Positions 25,949-35,551 are shown, counted from the stretch's first letter. The stretch is DNA of 64,000 bases from Bacteroidaceae bacterium (GCA_017464345.1 JAFUAH010000004.1:1269-65268); one strand, 5' to 3'. Numbers and translations: made by a program. The notes: generated by a model not told the origin, from the sequence alone.

Positions 25949-26989
25949 TTACTTTTTAGTGGTTCCTTGTATTAAATCACCTATAGCCTTGAGCTGGCCG
26001 CTCACTTTCTCGAGCGAATCGTTCAGGTGCCTGACACTATCCTGCAGCACTGATTCACGGTGTTGCAGACTGTCCATTTCTACCAGAAAATCCTCGGGGG
26101 TCTTCTTCGAGCGATATTGATACATGTTGGCTGCGATACTGAATGTGCAAAGCAGCAGTAAAGTGAGTAATAGATATTTCGTAAATTGTGTCATCTTAGG
26201 TTGTAGTTTAGAGTTTTTCTTTGTTTCCACAATGGCTAATGTAAGGTTGTCGTGACCGCCTCCGTTTTCGCGCCCGTTATTGTCGATGGTGGTGGCTATG
26301 TCGTCTACCACGGCTCCCAAGGCAGTCTTATGATTTGCCACCATTCTCACTAACTCGGGCTCGGGCATAGTGCCATGAACGCCGTCCGTCGAGAGCAAGA
26401 AGCGGTCTCCCCTCTGATACGGAAGTTCTGCAATATCCACTTCCACGTCTGGTTTCATGCCGAGTGCACGGGTGATGACATTGGACTGGGCCGAAAGACG
26501 GGCCTGTTCTTCTGTGATGACACCCTGGCGCACAAGGTCGAAGACCATGGAGTGGTCGGAAGTGCGAAAGACCTTCCGGTGTCCCCTCACCTGATACACA
26601 CGGGTGTCTCCTACATGGGCCACATAGGCAGCACGGTCTGTAAGCAAAAGCACCGTGGCCGTAGTGCCCATTCCGCGCAATGACGGCTGTTCGTTCCCTG
26701 CGGTGATGATGGCCATGTTGGCGCGGCGTATGGCTTTGATAAGTATATTTTTGCTCTCCTCCTGAATGCCTGCCTCACTGATACTTGCAATAATTTCATG
26801 TACAGCGATGGATGAGGCTGTCTTCCCGCCAGGCCCTCCGCCCATACCGTCACAGACGGTCACAACAAACCCAAACTCTGTATGCTGTGCTCCGAAAGTG
26901 TCCTGATTGTCTTTCCGACCGCCTATCCGAGATTCGCCAAAGGCTGTGAACTGGTCTTCGTCATTGCGGTGTAAGGTGATTAATTCCAT
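25949..26989 (-). CDS. PP2C-family Ser/Thr phosphatase, bitopic (paralog of 20541-21677)
   Basis: Motifs are GGRKDNQDT, VCDGMGGGPGG and LSTDGVHG. The TM segment is YLLLTLLLLCTFSIAANMY, followed by a short helical tail. Confidence 0.85.
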   Translation of the reverse strand: MELITLHRNDEDQFTAFGESRIGGRKDNQDTFGAQHTEFGFVVTVCDGMGGGPGGKTASSIAVHEIIASISEAGIQEESKNILIKAIRRANMAIITAGNEQPSLRGMGTTATVLLLTDRAAYVAHVGDTRVYQVRGHRKVFRTSDHSMVFDLVRQGVITEEQARLSAQSNVITRALGMKPDVEVDIAELPYQRGDRFLLSTDGVHGTMPEPELVRMVANHKTALGAVVDDIATTIDNNGRENGGGHDNLTLAIVETKKNSKLQPKMTQFTKYLLLTLLLLCTFSIAANMYQYRSKKTPEDFLVEMDSLQHRESVLQDSVRHLNDSLEKVSGQLKAIGDLIQGTTKK

Positions 26990-27028
26990 GATAATCGTCT
27001 CCTTTTTCTTTATTTTATCTCGAACTTC

Positions 27029-27958
27029 TTATCCTGTCCAGAACTTCCACCAGGGTGCAGGTTCGGGTAGCAGAGCGTTTTTTATTGCCTCTTTGAAGTC
27101 TCTGGCCGTCTGGTATCGGCGTATCTGTTCTTTTTCCGTAGCCCTGCGGATGACAGAGAGTAGGCGACTGGGGATGCGGTCGGGACAGGGGGGAAGGGGT
27201 TCTTTCATCTGCCGGGTCAGTGTCTCCGCCTCTGTCTTGCAGGCCATGGGATTCTTGCCTGCCAGAAGTTCGTAGAATGTGATGCCCAGTTCGTAGATGT
27301 CGGTGGTTGCATTTATCTGTACGGAAGCTCCGTTCTGTTCACGCAGTATCTGCTCTGGGGCGGAATATTCCGGCGTACCGATAAATCCGAAGGAGGAAAA
27401 CTTGTTACCACCGTTCATGCGTGCTATGCCCAGATCCATGAGGCGCACATTACTGTCCTGTTCGACCATGATGTTTGAGGGTTTTATGTCACGGTGGATG
27501 ACCCCCCGGGAATGTACATAGTCCAGTGCGTCAAGCACGGACACAATGGCATGGCAGATTTTCTCAATACGTGTCGGCGAACTATCGAATTTTCGCACAT
27601 ACTTGTCGATGTCCTCTCCCTGTACGAAGTTGCTTAGTATGAATATGGGGCCATATTCGGGAGCATACTCACAATAGCCTATCATCTCCACCAGGTTAGG
27701 GTGGCGGAAAGCCAGGGATGCCTCTTGCTGGGCACGTTCTCGTATCATCTTGTTGTTGGCATAGAAATCCTTGACACGCTTGACCGCTATCCTGCTGCCC
27801 GTACGACACCGGTAGCCGATATAGACATCGCCCATGGCACCGCTACCGACAGGTTTGTCCATCGGATTATAGCAGTACCATTCGCCCATAACCTGCAGAT
27901 AGAGGTAGGGGTCGCCACGTCGCTGACGTACGGTCTGGGATTGGTATGCAGGACTCAT
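27029..27958 (-). CDS. Hanks-type Ser/Thr kinase, soluble
   Basis: Motifs are VGSGAMGDVYIG, IAVKRV, HRDIKPSNIMV, DLGIARM and GTPEYSAPE. Confidence 0.85.
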   Translation of the reverse strand: MSPAYQSQTVRQRRGDPYLYLQVMGEWYCYNPMDKPVGSGAMGDVYIGYRCRTGSRIAVKRVKDFYANNKMIRERAQQEASLAFRHPNLVEMIGYCEYAPEYGPIFILSNFVQGEDIDKYVRKFDSSPTRIEKICHAIVSVLDALDYVHSRGVIHRDIKPSNIMVEQDSNVRLMDLGIARMNGGNKFSSFGFIGTPEYSAPEQILREQNGASVQINATTDIYELGITFYELLAGKNPMACKTEAETLTRQMKEPLPPCPDRIPSRLLSVIRRATEKEQIRRYQTARDFKEAIKNALLPEPAPWWKFWTG

Positions 27959-27974
27959 GCTTGCTCCTTCTTCC

Positions 27975-28751
27975 CTACATACCTACGGTGCCCCCGTGCT
28001 GATTTCCAGAAGAACCATCAAACCCTACAGTACCTCCTTCGGGTTGGAAGTTTCCACCCCATGGGCCTGATGCCGCAGGATCGAAGGGCTGGAAACCACT
28101 GCGTGTACGGTTGTCGCCAAAGGGGTTGAAGTCGTCCACTGGCTCTTCTTCTTCCTGCTGCTGCAAAGGAACGAAGTTTTCAGCCACTTTCAGCCCCATG
28201 GTGACAGGGTCAAGCAGGATCAGGTAGAGTTCGTAGTTGTCGCCCACGGTGATGATGTCACCGTTCTTGCATTGTACTGCTTCCAAGAAGAGACTCTCAC
28301 CGTTGAGCAGCGTACCGTTGGTAGACTGCCCGTCGGCAATGGATGCCAAAACGCGCTCGGGATTCTTCATTTTGCGCACCACAAGCACGGCATGTTCGCC
28401 CGATACGGTTCCCTCTGGAAGCACTATGTCACACTGCGTGGATTTTCCGATGACGTTCTTACCCACATGCAGTGGCCAGAACTCTCCGGCCATGGTGCGA
28501 GACACACTATACAGGAATCCCACCACGGGTTTGCCAGAGAGCACGGTATTGTTAGCAGGCTGGTGAGGATTGCTTCTGTCTGGCTGAACGTTTACGGATG
28601 GCCGCTGTCCACCCATCATGCCAGGCACCACGGTCCCACGGCCTCCACCCTGTGCCTGGGCATCTGTGCTGCGCGTATAGAAACTCGGAGAACCACCAGG
28701 GCGGGCGCCATCCATCGGTTCAAGACCCTGAATCACTGTTTTGTTTGCCAT
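27975..28751 (-). CDS. FHA-domain protein with Gly/Pro-rich disordered flanks
   Basis: The central FHA is VGKNVIGKSTQCDIVL...SGEHAVL...STNGTLLNG. It is the first gene of the operon. Confidence 0.8.
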   Translation of the reverse strand: MANKTVIQGLEPMDGARPGGSPSFYTRSTDAQAQGGGRGTVVPGMMGGQRPSVNVQPDRSNPHQPANNTVLSGKPVVGFLYSVSRTMAGEFWPLHVGKNVIGKSTQCDIVLPEGTVSGEHAVLVVRKMKNPERVLASIADGQSTNGTLLNGESLFLEAVQCKNGDIITVGDNYELYLILLDPVTMGLKVAENFVPLQQQEEEEPVDDFNPFGDNRTRSGFQPFDPAASGPWGGNFQPEGGTVGFDGSSGNQHGGTVGM

Positions 28752-29306
28752 ATTGTTTTGTATTATGTGTTGAATGACTATTCATTAAGTTTCCATCTTC
28801 AGCGCATATACAAAAAAGCGTGGGAACCACTGCTTGTTGCCCGTCCCACTCTTAGAGGCTTCTCGCATTGCCCGATATTGTGAACGAGCAACGCCGAAGC
28901 CCACGCCGATATGCAATCCTCACTACCATGTCTGTGTGGTATGGCAGGAGTGTATCTGCACATCCCGAGGACATCTACCGTTGCTTCATCCTTGACAATA
29001 TCTGAGAATTTTGCGAGAATTCCTAAGAGCCAAAGACAAAGCGTCATGAGTAAACGCCTTTCATATATGTCATGTTCCTCTGCCCCATCCTTGTGTGATA
29101 TGCCCGCCACTCTTGGCTCGGCGTGAGCTTGCACCTGCAGGGACGCAGGATACACCTGAGGAACAGCGCAAAGTTACGAATAATATCTCTATATAAAAAA
29201 GAAAAAACAAAAAAACTTTTGTATATTGTATAAGTGAGTATAAAGGAAAAAACGTTGGCAGAATTAATAAATGGATAAAAAAGACTACGGTGCCTGACCA
29301 AAATCC

Positions 29307-29370
29307 AGGTTTGGAATGCACGTTCCAAACCTATGAACGCACGTACCAAACCTTGGAACGTGCGTTCATA
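29307..29370. terminator. Two adjacent perfect hairpins sharing the word CGTGC(A/G)TTCCAA
   Basis: The first is AGGTTTGGAA-tgcacg-TTCCAAACCT (29307-29332). The second is TATGAACGCACG-15 nt-CGTGCGTTCATA (29332-29370). Both lie about 90 nt downstream of the stop of 29462-30565 (minus). Confidence 0.5.
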
Positions 29371-29461
29371 ACCTTGGGAACTTCTATGCAGTGTAGTACT
29401 TTTCCTATCCCGCGATACCTTTATTCATAATATATAAGGGAAAAGAACATGTATGTTGTTG

Positions 29462-30565
29462 CTACTGCTGCAACTGAGGTATCATGAAGTAGACGGGTTG
29501 TCCATTAAACTCAATGTTGTCCGACCCGTTCCAGAGATTGAAGCTGGAACCGATAATCTTCGCAACATAGAGTTTGGTGTCCAGATGATAGAATTGCGTG
29601 TTGTCTTCACTGAAGGAATAGGTGAGTTTAAAACCGAAGTCGATAGTGGACTCACCGGGCTGCAGTTCGCGCACCTCGCCCTTGCGCAGCATATTAGACT
29701 TGCTGTCCGTCCAGTAGAACTGATACCACTGCTTCGTCGTGGCACCGATGCCAAAGAGTCCGCCACCCTGTACAGAGGAGAGCTGCTTCAGTTCGATATT
29801 GCCACCAAAGGGATTCTTGCCGTCTGTAGGGAAGAACTCCTGCTTGCCCAAGTCCAGTGTACTGTTGGCAGGAATGGCCACCACGCTCTGTGAGAATCCT
29901 GTGGCCGAGGCAGCCTGTCCGGCTTGTGTGGTCTGCGAAGCGGAAGACTGGGTGAAGGGAGTGCTGATGCCGTGGCGCAGGAAGAAAGTGTTGCCCAGAT
30001 AGACGTAGATGGTCTTGTCGGTCTTGTTCTTCACGTTCACGCCGATACCCGACGTGCGCGGTGCCATACGGGCATAAGTTGCACTTTTATAGATACTATA
30101 GGTAATCTCCACATTCTTGTCGGCCATCTTGGAGTCAGGCGACATGTGCAACAGGCCCACAATCTCCTTGGCTGCGCTGCTCGACACTTTCTTGGAAGAG
30201 TAGACGTTGGTCATATTAAAGTTGGCTATGCACTTTTCGTTGGCTTCCGGGTCACTGGCATCCAGCATCACGGGTTCTGGCTTTGTAGCAGGTGTAGCGG
30301 CCTTGGCTTCCGGCTGGGGCTCCACGCCGATGCGCACCTTCGTGCCGTCGGCCTTCTTCCACAGCAACACTTTGGCTTTCTCGATACTCTTCATCGGAGC
30401 ATCATCCTCGGCTCCGGTCTTGTAGTAAATCTTCTGTGCACCACTGGCATCCACGTCCCATGCCTGGATGCTCTCTCCGTCCTCCGTCATCAGTATGTCC
30501 TGTGCATGGCCTGCGACGGGCAAGAGCAGGAGCAAGAGCAGGAAAAAGAAATTCTTTTTGTTCAT
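29462..30565 (-). CDS. Secreted protein of unknown function
   Basis: Signal peptide MNKKNFFFLLLLLLLPVAGHAQ. No recognisable motif. Confidence 0.7.
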   Translation of the reverse strand: MNKKNFFFLLLLLLLPVAGHAQDILMTEDGESIQAWDVDASGAQKIYYKTGAEDDAPMKSIEKAKVLLWKKADGTKVRIGVEPQPEAKAATPATKPEPVMLDASDPEANEKCIANFNMTNVYSSKKVSSSAAKEIVGLLHMSPDSKMADKNVEITYSIYKSATYARMAPRTSGIGVNVKNKTDKTIYVYLGNTFFLRHGISTPFTQSSASQTTQAGQAASATGFSQSVVAIPANSTLDLGKQEFFPTDGKNPFGGNIELKQLSSVQGGGLFGIGATTKQWYQFYWTDSKSNMLRKGEVRELQPGESTIDFGFKLTYSFSEDNTQFYHLDTKLYVAKIIGSSFNLWNGSDNIEFNGQPVYFMIPQLQQ

Positions 30566-30696
30566 TGTCTCTTGTTTTTATAGTTAATTAATTTCTTACA
30601 AATGATGTAGTATCACTTTCTGGATGACAAAATTACACATATTTTGACATTCAGACAAACATAATTCTAAAAAAAGATGTACCTTTGTCTCCTGAT

Positions 30697-31479
30697 ATGA
30701 GTACAATCATCTATCCATCGCCCATCTTCGGCCCTGTCAGGAGCCGGCGGCTGGGCGTGTCGCTGGGCATCAATCTGTTGCCTGGCGACGGCAAGTGGTG
30801 CACCTTTGACTGCCTTTACTGTGAATGTGGACTGAACGAAGAACGACGGACAAAGAGTCCGCTGCCGACACGCTGTGAGGTGAGCGATGCACTGAAACGC
30901 CAGTTGGCCCGGATGCACGAAGAAGGGCCCCGGCCTGACGTGCTGACCTTCGCTGGCAATGGGGAGCCGACGCTGCATCCCGCATTTCCCGAGATTGTGG
31001 AAGACACCATCCGGCTGCGCGACCAGTTCTGCCCCGAAGCCCAGATTTCGGTGCTGTCGAATTCAACACAGATTCACCGTCCCAGGGTGCGCGAGGCACT
31101 GCTCAGGACGGACAATCCCATCATGAAGCTGGACACCGTGTCGGCGGACTTCATCCGTTTGATGGACCGCCCGCAGGGCCACTACGATGTGGAAAACATC
31201 ATCGCCCATCTGGCGGAGATGAGCCCGAAGGTCATCATACAGACCATGTTCCTAAACGCCACCTCCGACTCCTCCCTCACGGTAGGAACCAACACGGGCG
31301 ATGAATACGTACTGCCCTGGCTGGAGGCTGTGAAGCAGATACAGCCCAGACAGGTAATGATATACACTGTAGACCGCGAGACACCCGTTCTGGGACTGGA
31401 AAAGGCCAGTCGGGAGGTGCTCGATGGCATTGCGGAGAGAGTGAGACAAATGGGCATCGACTGCAGCGTCTCATACTAA
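30697..31479 (+). CDS. Radical SAM protein
   Basis: CTFDCLYCECG (CxxxCxxC). The ATG at 30697 is preferred over the TTG at 30685 because TACCTTTG lies at 30680-30687. Confidence 0.8.
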   Translation: MSTIIYPSPIFGPVRSRRLGVSLGINLLPGDGKWCTFDCLYCECGLNEERRTKSPLPTRCEVSDALKRQLARMHEEGPRPDVLTFAGNGEPTLHPAFPEIVEDTIRLRDQFCPEAQISVLSNSTQIHRPRVREALLRTDNPIMKLDTVSADFIRLMDRPQGHYDVENIIAHLAEMSPKVIIQTMFLNATSDSSLTVGTNTGDEYVLPWLEAVKQIQPRQVMIYTVDRETPVLGLEKASREVLDGIAERVRQMGIDCSVSY

Positions 31480-31526
31480 AAAAAATGCTGCGATGGCATC
31501 GCAGCATAGAAAAATAGAGAAAAGAG

Positions 31527-33017
31527 ATGAAGAAGAGCATATTTGGCATGTTACTGACACTGGAAAGCTTATTCATGGCTTTTACGCTGGCAGTGGCGCT
31601 GTACTATCATTACACGCTGGGGGAAACGGACTGGAAGGCCTTCCTCTGGACGACGGTCATCACCCTGCTGTCAGGCGTGCTGCTGACGAGCTATGGTCAC
31701 ACCAAACTTGGACGCTCGCAAAAACAGCTGTCGCGTGGTGGCTCGTTCATCATAGTGGGCCTGACGTGGGTGGTGTTCTCTTTGTTTGGCATGTTGCCCT
31801 TCATCCTCTATGAGGGACTGGATGTGGACATGGCCAGTGCCTACTTTGAGACGATGAGCGGGTTCACCACTATGGGGGCTACCATCATACCAGACATCGA
31901 GGCCATGCCACATGGCATATTACTGTGGCGCAGTCTGACGCAGTGGATGGGCGGACTGGGCGTGGTGGTCTTTGCCTTTGCCTTGCTACCTGTAAGGGAC
32001 ATGAAGAACTCCACCATGTTCATAGCTGAGATGTCGGGGCTGACCATCAACCGCTTGAAGCCCAAGATTGGGGCTACGTCGCGTCGCCTTTTGCTTATCT
32101 ACATTGTGCTGACACTCCTCTGCATAGGCATGTTCTGGCTGGGACCGATGAATCTTTTCGATGCCCTCTGCTACGGACTGTCCACGACGGCCACGGGAGG
32201 TTTCGGTACTCACACGGAGAGCATTGGCTACTTCCATTCGGCCTACGTGGAGTACGTCTGTGCCACCTTTATGTTAGCCTCAAGCCTAAACTTCGGGCTC
32301 TACTACTATATCTCCATCTGGCGTGGACGCGAATGCCTGAAGAATGAGGAATTGCGCTCCTTCCTGCTCACCGCCATGGGGCTTGTGGCCCTGTTCTGTT
32401 TGTTGTTCCGCTTCACGGCGGGCGATGGTTCAGTGGCCGTTCCACGGACGGGCGAGGAGGTTTTCCGCACGAGCCTCTTCCACGTGGCCACAATAATCAC
32501 CAGCAGTGGTTTCCAGGCCGAGGCCTTCGACTACGTGGGCTGGGGTACGGCCTTCTGGATGCCCACCGTGGCAATGATGATAATGGGAGGATGCACCGTG
32601 AGCACAGCGGGTGGCATGAAGATGATGCGCGTCATCATCTATCTGAAGTACGCAATGCGCGAGTTCCGCATCCATCTGCATCCCCACGCTGTTATCAGCA
32701 TCAAGCTGAACGGGCGCATCATTGCCGAACAGCACATCCGCCGTGTCATCTCTTATCTCATACTCTACGTCCTCATCCTGATTGTGGGCTGCGCAGCAAT
32801 GACCATGTTCATGGGATTCGACATCACGACGGCCTTTGGTGCCACGGTCTCCAGCTTAGGCAACACAGGGACGGCATTAGGCGCACTGGGTCCCGCCAAC
32901 AACTTTGTGGCCGTACCTGCAGCAGGAAAGTTGTTGCTTAGTTTCTTGATGCTCGTCGGACGTCTGGAAATCTTCACCGTCCTCTTCCTCTTCATGCCCA
33001 AGGCATGGCGGCTATAA
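31527..33017 (+). CDS. trkH: TrkH-family potassium uptake protein
   Basis: Polytopic protein with repeated pore-loop-like segments (MSGFTTMGAT, STTATGGFGT, TSSGFQ, SSLGNTGTALG). Confidence 0.85.
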   Translation: MKKSIFGMLLTLESLFMAFTLAVALYYHYTLGETDWKAFLWTTVITLLSGVLLTSYGHTKLGRSQKQLSRGGSFIIVGLTWVVFSLFGMLPFILYEGLDVDMASAYFETMSGFTTMGATIIPDIEAMPHGILLWRSLTQWMGGLGVVVFAFALLPVRDMKNSTMFIAEMSGLTINRLKPKIGATSRRLLLIYIVLTLLCIGMFWLGPMNLFDALCYGLSTTATGGFGTHTESIGYFHSAYVEYVCATFMLASSLNFGLYYYISIWRGRECLKNEELRSFLLTAMGLVALFCLLFRFTAGDGSVAVPRTGEEVFRTSLFHVATIITSSGFQAEAFDYVGWGTAFWMPTVAMMIMGGCTVSTAGGMKMMRVIIYLKYAMREFRIHLHPHAVISIKLNGRIIAEQHIRRVISYLILYVLILIVGCAAMTMFMGFDITTAFGATVSSLGNTGTALGALGPANNFVAVPAAGKLLLSFLMLVGRLEIFTVLFLFMPKAWRL

Positions 33018-33093
33018 CCGTAAAAAAGTCGTAAAATACTACCGCAAACCGGCATTTTTATGTAATTTTGTAGTCACATAGCAATTCAATACC

Positions 33094-34683
33094 ATGATAC
33101 GTAAATTCGATTTCCTTATTATTGGCGGTGGCGTGGCCGGCATGAGTTACGCCCTGAAAGTAGCAAACAGCAAGAAGGGCAAGGTTGCCCTCGTCTGCAA
33201 AACCACGCTCGACGAGGCCAACACGGCCAAGGCACAAGGCGGCATAGCCTCGGTGACGAACCTGCGGGTGGACAACTTCGAGAAACACATTCAGGACACG
33301 ATGATTGCGGGCGACTACATCAGCGATCCGGCAGCTGTGGAGCAGGTGGTCAGGAACGCCCCCAAGGGCATTGAGGATCTGGTCCGATGGGGCGTGAACT
33401 TCGACAAGAAGGAGGACGGTGAGTTCGACCTGCACCGCGAGGGCGGACACTCGGAGTTCCGCATCCTGCACCACGCCGACGACACGGGATTCGAGATACA
33501 GCGCGGACTGATGGAGGCCGTGCGCCACAACAAACGCATCACCGTCCTGGAGAACCACTACGCCGTGGAAATCATCACCCAGCACCACCTGGGCCGCGAG
33601 GTGAACCGCCACATGACCGACATCGAGTGCTACGGCGCCTACATCCTGGACCCCGACACGCAGAAGGTGGACACCTTCCTCTCCCGCGTCACCCTGATGG
33701 CCACGGGCGGCACGGGAGCCGTCTACGCCACCACCTCCAACCCCAACATCGCCACGGGCGACGGCATTGCCATGGTATACCGCGCCAAAGGCATCGTCAA
33801 GGACATGGAGTTCGTGCAGTTCCACCCCACCGTGCTCTACAATCCTGCTGAGACACACCCCGCCTACCTCATCACCGAGGCCATGCGCGGCTACGGCGGC
33901 ATCCTGCGCCTGCCCAACGGCGAGGAGTTCATGCAGAAGTACGACAAACGTCTCTCCCTGGCACCGCGCGACATCGTGGCACGCGCCATCGACCGCGAAA
34001 TGAAAATCCACGGCATCGACCACGTCTGCCTCGACGTCACACACAAGGACCCCGAGGAGACGCGCCACCACTTCCCCAACATCTACGCTAAGTGCCTCTC
34101 CATAGGCATCGACATCACCCGGCAGATGATTCCCGTCTGCCCCTCGGCCCATTACATGTGCGGCGGCATCAAGGTGGACCTCAACGGCGAGTCCACCATC
34201 CACCGCCTCTACGCCGTGGGCGAATGCTCGTGCACGGGCCTGCACGGCGGCAACCGCCTGGCCTCCAACTCCCTCATCGAGGCCGTCGTCTATGCCGACG
34301 CTGCCGCCAAGCACTCACTGCAGGTCATCGACCAGTACCAGTTCAACGAGCAAGTGCCCGAGTGGAACGACGAAGGAACGATGTCGAACGAAGAGAAGGT
34401 GCTCATCGCACAGGACATGAAGGAGGTGGGACAGATAATGTCCAACTACGTAGGCATAGTGCGCTCCGACCTGCGCCTGCACCGCGCTTGGACGCGCCTC
34501 GACCTGCTGTACGAAGAGACCGAGGAACTCTTCAAGCGCGTGAAGCCCACCAAGGACATCTGCGAACTGCGCAACATGATAAACGTAGGCTACCTCATCA
34601 CCCGCCAGGCCCTGGAGCGCAAGGAGAGCCGCGGCCTCCACTACACCGTCGACTACCCCAAGCACGCCTACGACCAGAAGTAA
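33094..34683 (+). CDS. nadB: L-aspartate oxidase
   Basis: FAD motif DFLIIGGGVAGMS. Also AQGGIA, HPT and the RGYGG..R region, with an SRG.HY C-terminus typical of NadB. TAATTTTG at 33063-33070 lies upstream. Confidence 0.9.
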   Translation: MIRKFDFLIIGGGVAGMSYALKVANSKKGKVALVCKTTLDEANTAKAQGGIASVTNLRVDNFEKHIQDTMIAGDYISDPAAVEQVVRNAPKGIEDLVRWGVNFDKKEDGEFDLHREGGHSEFRILHHADDTGFEIQRGLMEAVRHNKRITVLENHYAVEIITQHHLGREVNRHMTDIECYGAYILDPDTQKVDTFLSRVTLMATGGTGAVYATTSNPNIATGDGIAMVYRAKGIVKDMEFVQFHPTVLYNPAETHPAYLITEAMRGYGGILRLPNGEEFMQKYDKRLSLAPRDIVARAIDREMKIHGIDHVCLDVTHKDPEETRHHFPNIYAKCLSIGIDITRQMIPVCPSAHYMCGGIKVDLNGESTIHRLYAVGECSCTGLHGGNRLASNSLIEAVVYADAAAKHSLQVIDQYQFNEQVPEWNDEGTMSNEEKVLIAQDMKEVGQIMSNYVGIVRSDLRLHRAWTRLDLLYEETEELFKRVKPTKDICELRNMINVGYLITRQALERKESRGLHYTVDYPKHAYDQK

Positions 34684-34957
34684 CCCCCATCAATGTTCGT
34701 CAATTGGTTCGTGTTGATGAACTGAACACAACAGTATCCCTGGACGGAGTGTTCAGGGATTTTTGTTTGTTCGGTGCGCACGGAATGATTGTTCCGTCAC
34801 CACCGAATGATTGTTCGGTGCGTACCGAACAAAGAAATATATAGGAAGGAGGCAGACCTTCGCAGGCTTGCCCCCTTCTTTGCTTCCTGATGTTTTGATT
34901 TAGATTTTTATTCACATTCTGAAAATTAACAACGGAAGCCTCATTCTTAAGGGTAAT

Positions 34958-35551
34958 TCAGAAGTTGATGCTTAACCGTAGCGAGTGTCCGACCTTAGTC
35001 ATTTCATAGTAGGAATCGTATCCCTGCATGGTATCAAGGCCGTAGCCTATGGAGAAGCGGTCACAGACCTGCAAACCCAGCGTAAAGTCAATGGCACAGT
35101 GGTTGCTTTGTTCCACGCGATAATAAGATGAATAATAAGAATCGTGGTAGTCATTGTGCCAACTGCCGCCATATCCGAGAGCAAAGGACATGAAACCCTT
35201 TAACTTCTTGTTTACGAAGGCTGGGGTGAATCCCCTGACACCTGTGGTCAGGGCTATTTCATCCACGTTATCAGCATTTCCACTACCATAAAACCAGTTA
35301 TCCTCACTCCAATCGCGGGTATATTTAAAGGCAAGAATATCCCAGGCGAAATAGCGGCCGAAATTGTGCTGCCATCGTACGCCCAACTTGAACTGCTGAC
35401 CTATACCCAGATCGATGGCAAAACTGTTCTTTTTGGGTTTCTTGGCCGTGTCCAGGCCATAGATGTCGAAGCCCTCATATACGTTTGTCTTCTGGGCGAA
35501 GCCTGGCACGCAGAGAAGGGCAACGAACAGGATAGTAATCAGCCGTTTCAT
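34958..35551 (-). CDS. Small outer-membrane beta-barrel protein
   Basis: Signal peptide, alternating beta pattern and a C-terminal ...LSINF. Confidence 0.6.
   Translation of the reverse strand: MKRLITILFVALLCVPGFAQKTNVYEGFDIYGLDTAKKPKKNSFAIDLGIGQQFKLGVRWQHNFGRYFAWDILAFKYTRDWSEDNWFYGSGNADNVDEIALTTGVRGFTPAFVNKKLKGFMSFALGYGGSWHNDYHDSYYSSYYRVEQSNHCAIDFTLGLQVCDRFSIGYGLDTMQGYDSYYEMTKVGHSLRLSINF

Noticed and set aside
18413-28751. Interpreting the FHA/STK/PP2C genes as the regulatory arm of a type VI secretion system or of the divisome
   Set aside because: No T6SS structural genes (TssB/C, Hcp, VgrG etc.) and no FtsW/RodA/PBP genes occur in or next to the operon within this window.
28799-29155. 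118-aa ORF in the leader of the FHA operon
   Set aside because: It has no recognisable domain and an odd composition, and no promoter or start context. I treated the region as a noncoding leader, although a decayed gene remnant cannot be excluded.
33058-34314. 418-aa ORF antisense to nadB, and many similar long ORFs (e.g. 732-1553, 1072-1680, 13289-13975, 13997-14764, 37730-38512, 38425-40062, 40075-40755, 49579-50442)
   Set aside because: They lie opposite strongly supported genes in GC-rich DNA, are rich in Arg/Gly/His/Val with no motifs, and are the expected stop-poor antisense frames of high-GC coding sequence.
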